The position numbers and the translations under genes are program-made. 64,000 nucleotides of DNA from assembly GCA_035530815.1 (NCBI GenBank), contig DATKTZ010000042.1:7810-71809 (forward strand), written 5' to 3'. Positions 60,077-64,000 of this stretch are shown here, piece by piece. The first letter of the stretch is position 1. Each line of letters begins with the position of its first letter. The DNA comes from Acidimicrobiales bacterium (GTDB lineage: Bacteria > Actinomycetota > Acidimicrobiia > Acidimicrobiales > RAAP-2). Below the pieces are notes generated by a model, which was not told the DNA's origin, did no database searches, and saw nothing but the letters and a program-made list of their open reading frames with translations.

Positions 60077-61728
60077 AACGCGAGCAGGCGCGCGAGGTCT
60101 TCGCGCACGGCATCGATCACCGCGCCAGCTCGTTGGCGCTCGAGAACAACCTCGCCGAGATCGATGGGTGCGCCGCGCACCTCGAGATACGCCTTCAACT
60201 TGGCCTCGGTGCCCGAGGGGCGCACGACGACCCGCGCATTCTCGCCCAGCGCGATGAGGACACCCTCGGTCGACTCGAGCCCGTTCCATCCGCGAGCCAG
60301 ATCGACCACCCCGGTGACCGCGAGCGGGCCGAGCCGCGACGGCGGAGTGCCGCGCAGCCGCTCAAGTACCCTGGCGATGTCGTCGTGGGCCGTCGGCCCC
60401 TGGGCGCGCAGAGCCAACTGCGCGCCGGCGTGCACGCCGAAGTGTGCCTCGATCTCGTCGAGCCGGTCGGCCAGACTCTGGCCCGCGCTCTCGAGTTCGT
60501 GGGCCAACCGACACAGCGCGAGCGCGGCGGACAGTCCGTCCTTGTCGGCCACCGCCGGATCCACGGCGTAGCCGAGGGCCTCTTCGTAGGCGAAGCGCAG
60601 CGTGCCCGCGCCGGCCGCGCGCGACAGCCACTTGAAGCCCGTGAGCGTGGTCACGTAGCGCACGTGGCGCTCGCGCGCCATCGCCTCGAGCATCGTCGAG
60701 GACACGAGCGTGGTCGCCACCGTATCGTCGCTCGCCACCACGCTGTCCCACAGCGCCGACGCGAGCAACCAGCCGATCTCGTCTCCGCGCAAGACCCGCC
60801 ATCCACGAGGGCCGCGCACCGCGGCGCCGAGCCGGTCGGCGTCGGGGTCGTTGGCGATCACCAGCGACGAGGACGTCTGCTCGGCCACCTGCATCGCAAG
60901 ATCGAGCGCCCCCGGCTCTTCGGGGTTGGGAAACGCCAGCGTCGGAAAGCGCGGGTCGGGCTCGAACTGCGCGGCCACCGGCGTTACCCGCTCAAAGCCC
61001 GCAGCCGCGAACAGCGACATCATCGACGCGCCACCCACGCCGTGCAGGGGCGTGTACGTGATCGCCAGGTCGCTCGCGCCCACGCCGAAGCGGCCGACGA
61101 AGTGGTCGCGGTACGCCTCGAACAGTTCTGGGCCGACCACCCGGTGCAGCGCGCTCGACCGGTCGCCCAGCGCCGGCGCCGGCGCGCTCGCCGCGTAGCG
61201 CTCGACGACCGCGTCGTGGGGCGCGATGATCTGCGCCCCGTCGCCGGCGTAGAGCTTGTACCCGTTGTCGCCGGGCGGGTTGTGGCTGGCGGTGATCATG
61301 ATGCCGGCCACCGCGCCCAGCGCCTTGACGGCGTAGGCGACGTAGGGGGTCGGCAGCGGACCCGGCATCTCGTGCACGCGTACGCCCGCGCCAAGCAGCA
61401 CCGCCACCACTTCGTCGTTGAAGGCCTCTGATCCGTGGCGCGCGTCGCGGCCCACCACCACGCCTCGTTCGAGGTCCACGCCCAGCTCGGAGAGCCAGGC
61501 GACCACGCCCTGAGTGGCACGCCGGACCGTGTAGCGGTTCATCCCCGCCGGGCCCGCCATCACGGGGCCACGCAGTCCCGCGGTGCCGAAGCGCAGCGGT
61601 GCCGCGAAGCGCCGCTCGAGCTCGGCCTCGGCCCCGTCGCGCACGAGCAGTTCCAAGGTCTCGCGGTCCTCGATGTCGGGATCACCGGCGATCCACTCGG
61701 TCACCCGGTCGATGAACTCCTGGTTCAC
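60073..61728 (-). CDS. phospho-sugar mutase (alpha-D-phosphohexomutase family; possibly phosphopentomutase role)
   Basis: FGTAGLRG, ITASHNP, NDPDADR, YEEALGY, RPSGTEAKLK. Confidence 0.9.
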   Translation of the reverse strand: MNQEFIDRVTEWIAGDPDIEDRETLELLVRDGAEAELERRFAAPLRFGTAGLRGPVMAGPAGMNRYTVRRATQGVVAWLSELGVDLERGVVVGRDARHGSEAFNDEVVAVLLGAGVRVHEMPGPLPTPYVAYAVKALGAVAGIMITASHNPPGDNGYKLYAGDGAQIIAPHDAVVERYAASAPAPALGDRSSALHRVVGPELFEAYRDHFVGRFGVGASDLAITYTPLHGVGGASMMSLFAAAGFERVTPVAAQFEPDPRFPTLAFPNPEEPGALDLAMQVAEQTSSSLVIANDPDADRLGAAVRGPRGWRVLRGDEIGWLLASALWDSVVASDDTVATTLVSSTMLEAMARERHVRYVTTLTGFKWLSRAAGAGTLRFAYEEALGYAVDPAVADKDGLSAALALCRLAHELESAGQSLADRLDEIEAHFGVHAGAQLALRAQGPTAHDDIARVLERLRGTPPSRLGPLAVTGVVDLARGWNGLESTEGVLIALGENARVVVRPSGTEAKLKAYLEVRGAPIDLGEVVLERQRAGAVIDAVREDLARLLAF

Positions 61729-62540
61729 AGCACCGCGACGAGCTTGACCAGTAGTTCGCCCAACGACTTGGCGGCCCGCTGGCCCGCTTCGAGGACCTCG
61801 AGGTGGTTGAGCGGCGCCGCAGCGACACCCGCGGCCGCGTTGGACACCAGGCTGAGACCAAGCACCTCGCAGCCCAGGTGGCGCGCCGCGATGGCTTCGA
61901 GCACGGTCGACATTCCCACGAGGTCCGCGCCCACGGTGGCGAGCATGGCGATCTCGGCGGGGGTCTCGTAGTGCGGGCCGCGAAGACCCGCGTACACCCC
62001 CTCAGCCAGGCGTGCGTTCTCGCGAACGATGGCGCGCAGGCGTGCGCTGTAGAGATCGGTGAGATCTACGAAGCGTGACGCGAAACCCTCGGGTGGAGCG
62101 GCGCCCTCGAGCGGCGAGGTGGCCGTCAGGTTCAGGTGGTCGCGAATCACCACGACCGAACCCGGCGAAAAGGAAGGGTCGATGCCGCCGCTCGCGTTGG
62201 TGAGGATCACCCGACTCGCGCCCGCGGCGATCATCGTGCGCACGGGGTGGACCACCTGGGCGGGCGTGTTGCCCTCGTAGAGATGCACCCGGCCCGACAC
62301 CAGGGCCACCGTGCGGCCCGCGACCTCGAGAGTGAGAATCTGACCGCCGTGGCCCGCGACGGTGGGGGTGACGAAGCCACTGAGCGAAGCCGTGTCGATG
62401 ACGCTGGTGGGCGCACCGAGTGCGAGCGCCCCCTCACGCCAGCCCGAGCCCAGCACGATGGCGATGTCGTAGGCGTTCACGCCGCTGCGCTCGCGCACCT
62501 CATCGGCGGCGCGCTGGGCGAGATCGAAGGGCGACTCCAT
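61725..62540 (-). CDS. punA: purine-nucleoside phosphorylase
   Basis: VLGSGW, GRVHLYEG, TNASGG, GPHYETPAE, VGMSTV, SNAAAG..HLEV. Confidence 0.92.
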   Translation of the reverse strand: MESPFDLAQRAADEVRERSGVNAYDIAIVLGSGWREGALALGAPTSVIDTASLSGFVTPTVAGHGGQILTLEVAGRTVALVSGRVHLYEGNTPAQVVHPVRTMIAAGASRVILTNASGGIDPSFSPGSVVVIRDHLNLTATSPLEGAAPPEGFASRFVDLTDLYSARLRAIVRENARLAEGVYAGLRGPHYETPAEIAMLATVGADLVGMSTVLEAIAARHLGCEVLGLSLVSNAAAGVAAAPLNHLEVLEAGQRAAKSLGELLVKLVAVL

Positions 62541-63397
62541 CACTGTCCGATCGTGTGCCACACCGTGGCGGTCTCGACGAAGGCGCGCAGGCGCCGGGTG
62601 GTGGAGGCGTCGTAGACCTCGTCGACCGGGCGCAGCACGCGCTTGATCGAACCGGCGGCGCTGGTCGCGAGCTCGCCCGTCAGCCCTCCCGCACCCTGCA
62701 GGTCCAGTCCATCGATATCCTCGTGCGACGCCAGCGTGGGTGCCAGCTCGCTCGTGATGCCCGCAATGACGTTGAGCACCCCGGCGGGCAGGTCAGAAGT
62801 GGCTGACATCTCGGCCAGCAGCAGCGCGGGCGTGGGCCGGCGCTCGCTCGCCACGACGACCACGGTGTTGCCGACTGCGAGTGGGGCCAGCACGGTGTCG
62901 ACGAACCCCTCGAGCGACGACGCCTGGGGCGCCACGACGGCCACGACGCCGCTCGGCACGGGTAGCGAGAAGTTGAAGAAGGGCCCCGCCACCGGGTTCG
63001 CCCCGCCCAACACCTGGGTGACCTTGTCGGTCCACCCGGCGTACCAGACGATGCGATCAATCGATCGCGCAACGCTCGCCGCCGCCTCGGGCGCGCTGGC
63101 GTCCTCGGCCGCGGCGACGTGCTCGGCCAACTCGTCGCGACGGGCCTCGGCCATCTCGGCCAGTCGGTAGAGCACCTGACCCCGGTTGTAGGCGCTAGCC
63201 CCCCACCACGGGGCCTGGGCCGCTCGCGCGGCCCTGACGGCGTCGCGCAGATCCTTGCGCGAACCCTGAGCCACGTTCGCCCAGAACCGACCCGAGGCGG
63301 TGGTGACCTCGTAACTGCGACCCGACTCCGAGCGCACGAACGCGCCGTTGATGAGCAGCTTGTAGGTCTTTCGAATCTCCAGACGATGCTCAGACAT
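62540..63397 (-). CDS. short aldehyde-dehydrogenase-family protein (partner subunit)
   Basis: RKTYKLLINGAFVRSESGR, YNRGQVLYR, WYAGWTDK, PAGVLN; about 285 aa, lacking the catalytic-Cys domain. Confidence 0.82.
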   Translation of the reverse strand: MSEHRLEIRKTYKLLINGAFVRSESGRSYEVTTASGRFWANVAQGSRKDLRDAVRAARAAQAPWWGASAYNRGQVLYRLAEMAEARRDELAEHVAAAEDASAPEAAASVARSIDRIVWYAGWTDKVTQVLGGANPVAGPFFNFSLPVPSGVVAVVAPQASSLEGFVDTVLAPLAVGNTVVVVASERRPTPALLLAEMSATSDLPAGVLNVIAGITSELAPTLASHEDIDGLDLQGAGGLTGELATSAAGSIKRVLRPVDEVYDASTTRRLRAFVETATVWHTIGQ

Positions 63398-64000
63398 CGA
63401 GGTACCCCTCCAGGCCGTGTCGGCCGCCCTCACGGCCGAAACCCGACTCGCGCACCCCGCCGAAGGGGCTGGTGGGGTCGAACCGGTTGTAAGTGTTGGA
63501 CCAGATGACTCCGGCGCGCAACCGCTCGGCCACCCACAACGTGCGACTGCCCTTCTCGCTCCACACACCGCACGCCAGGCCGTACTTCGTGTTGTTCGCC
63601 TTGGCGACCGCCTCCTCGGGGGTGCGAAACGTCAGCACCGACAGCACCGGACCGAAGATCTCCTCCTGGGCGATGCGGTGCGACTGGGCGACGTCGGCGA
63701 AGACCGTCGGCGCGAACCAGTAGCCGTGCTCGGGCAACGCGCACGAGCTGGTGTAGCGCGTGGCGCCCTCCCGCTCGCCCACGTCGCTCAACTCTCGAAT
63801 CTTTTCCAGCTGCGCGAGCGAGTTGATGGCGCCGACGTCGGTGTTCTTGTCGAGAGGATCGCCGACGCGCAACTGCTCCACACGGCGCACGAGTCGGCGC
63901 AGCACCTCGTCGGCGATGTTCTCTTGGACGAGCAGCCGCGAACCCGCGCAGCACACGTGACCCTGGTTGAAGAAGATGCCGTCGATGATGCCCTCGATCA
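63390..64000 (-). CDS. aldehyde dehydrogenase (5' part outside window)
   Basis: FFNQGHVCCAGSR, EEIFGPV, YGLA, PFGGVRESGFGREGG. Confidence 0.92.
   Translation of the reverse strand, partial: IEGIIDGIFFNQGHVCCAGSRLLVQENIADEVLRRLVRRVEQLRVGDPLDKNTDVGAINSLAQLEKIRELSDVGEREGATRYTSSCALPEHGYWFAPTVFADVAQSHRIAQEEIFGPVLSVLTFRTPEEAVAKANNTKYGLACGVWSEKGSRTLWVAERLRAGVIWSNTYNRFDPTSPFGGVRESGFGREGGRHGLEGYLDV

Overview
High-GC, gene-dense bacterial window. It most likely comes from an actinobacterium (Acidimicrobiia-like), inferred from gene content and frequent leaderless-type promoters. In order: (1) 1-5.8 kb, an HdrL/HdrA-wHTH-QmoC-like electron-transfer operon, truncated at the left edge. (2) trxA-cysE-cysK with a CsoR/CstR-like operator and an Rrf2/IscR-like box. 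(3) 8.6-18.5 kb, an apparent sulfation island. It holds two equal-length PAPS-dependent-type sulfotransferase paralogues sharing an 11-bp-periodic TCACA upstream motif, APS kinase (cysC), a secreted phosphoesterase, two Tat-exported arylsulfotransferases (ASST), an MFS exporter fused in frame to a third ASST domain, and an unannotated 50-aa lipoprotein ending in Tyr. This is the best candidate for an undescribed system, a trans-membrane sulfuryl relay. (4) nfeD/SPFH, cfa, a ferric-reductase/FMN-binding/ApbE flavinylation module, DUF885, SRPBCC and a secreted lectin-like protein. (5) 28-40.5 kb, a catabolic island for an unknown substrate (Liv-type ABC, M24 enzyme, beta-hydroxyacid dehydrogenase, alpha/beta hydrolase, 2-oxoacid dehydrogenase E1/E2, TetR). 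(6) ppa, hbd, purU, kynU, ettA and an MFS. (7) 48-64 kb, a nucleoside uptake/catabolism cluster, interrupted by an AAA+/DUF4143 ATPase-nuclease gene whose promoter carries three 22-bp iteron-like direct repeats. No rRNA, tRNA, CRISPR array or transposase was recognised. All family calls come from motif recognition by eye, not from database searches.
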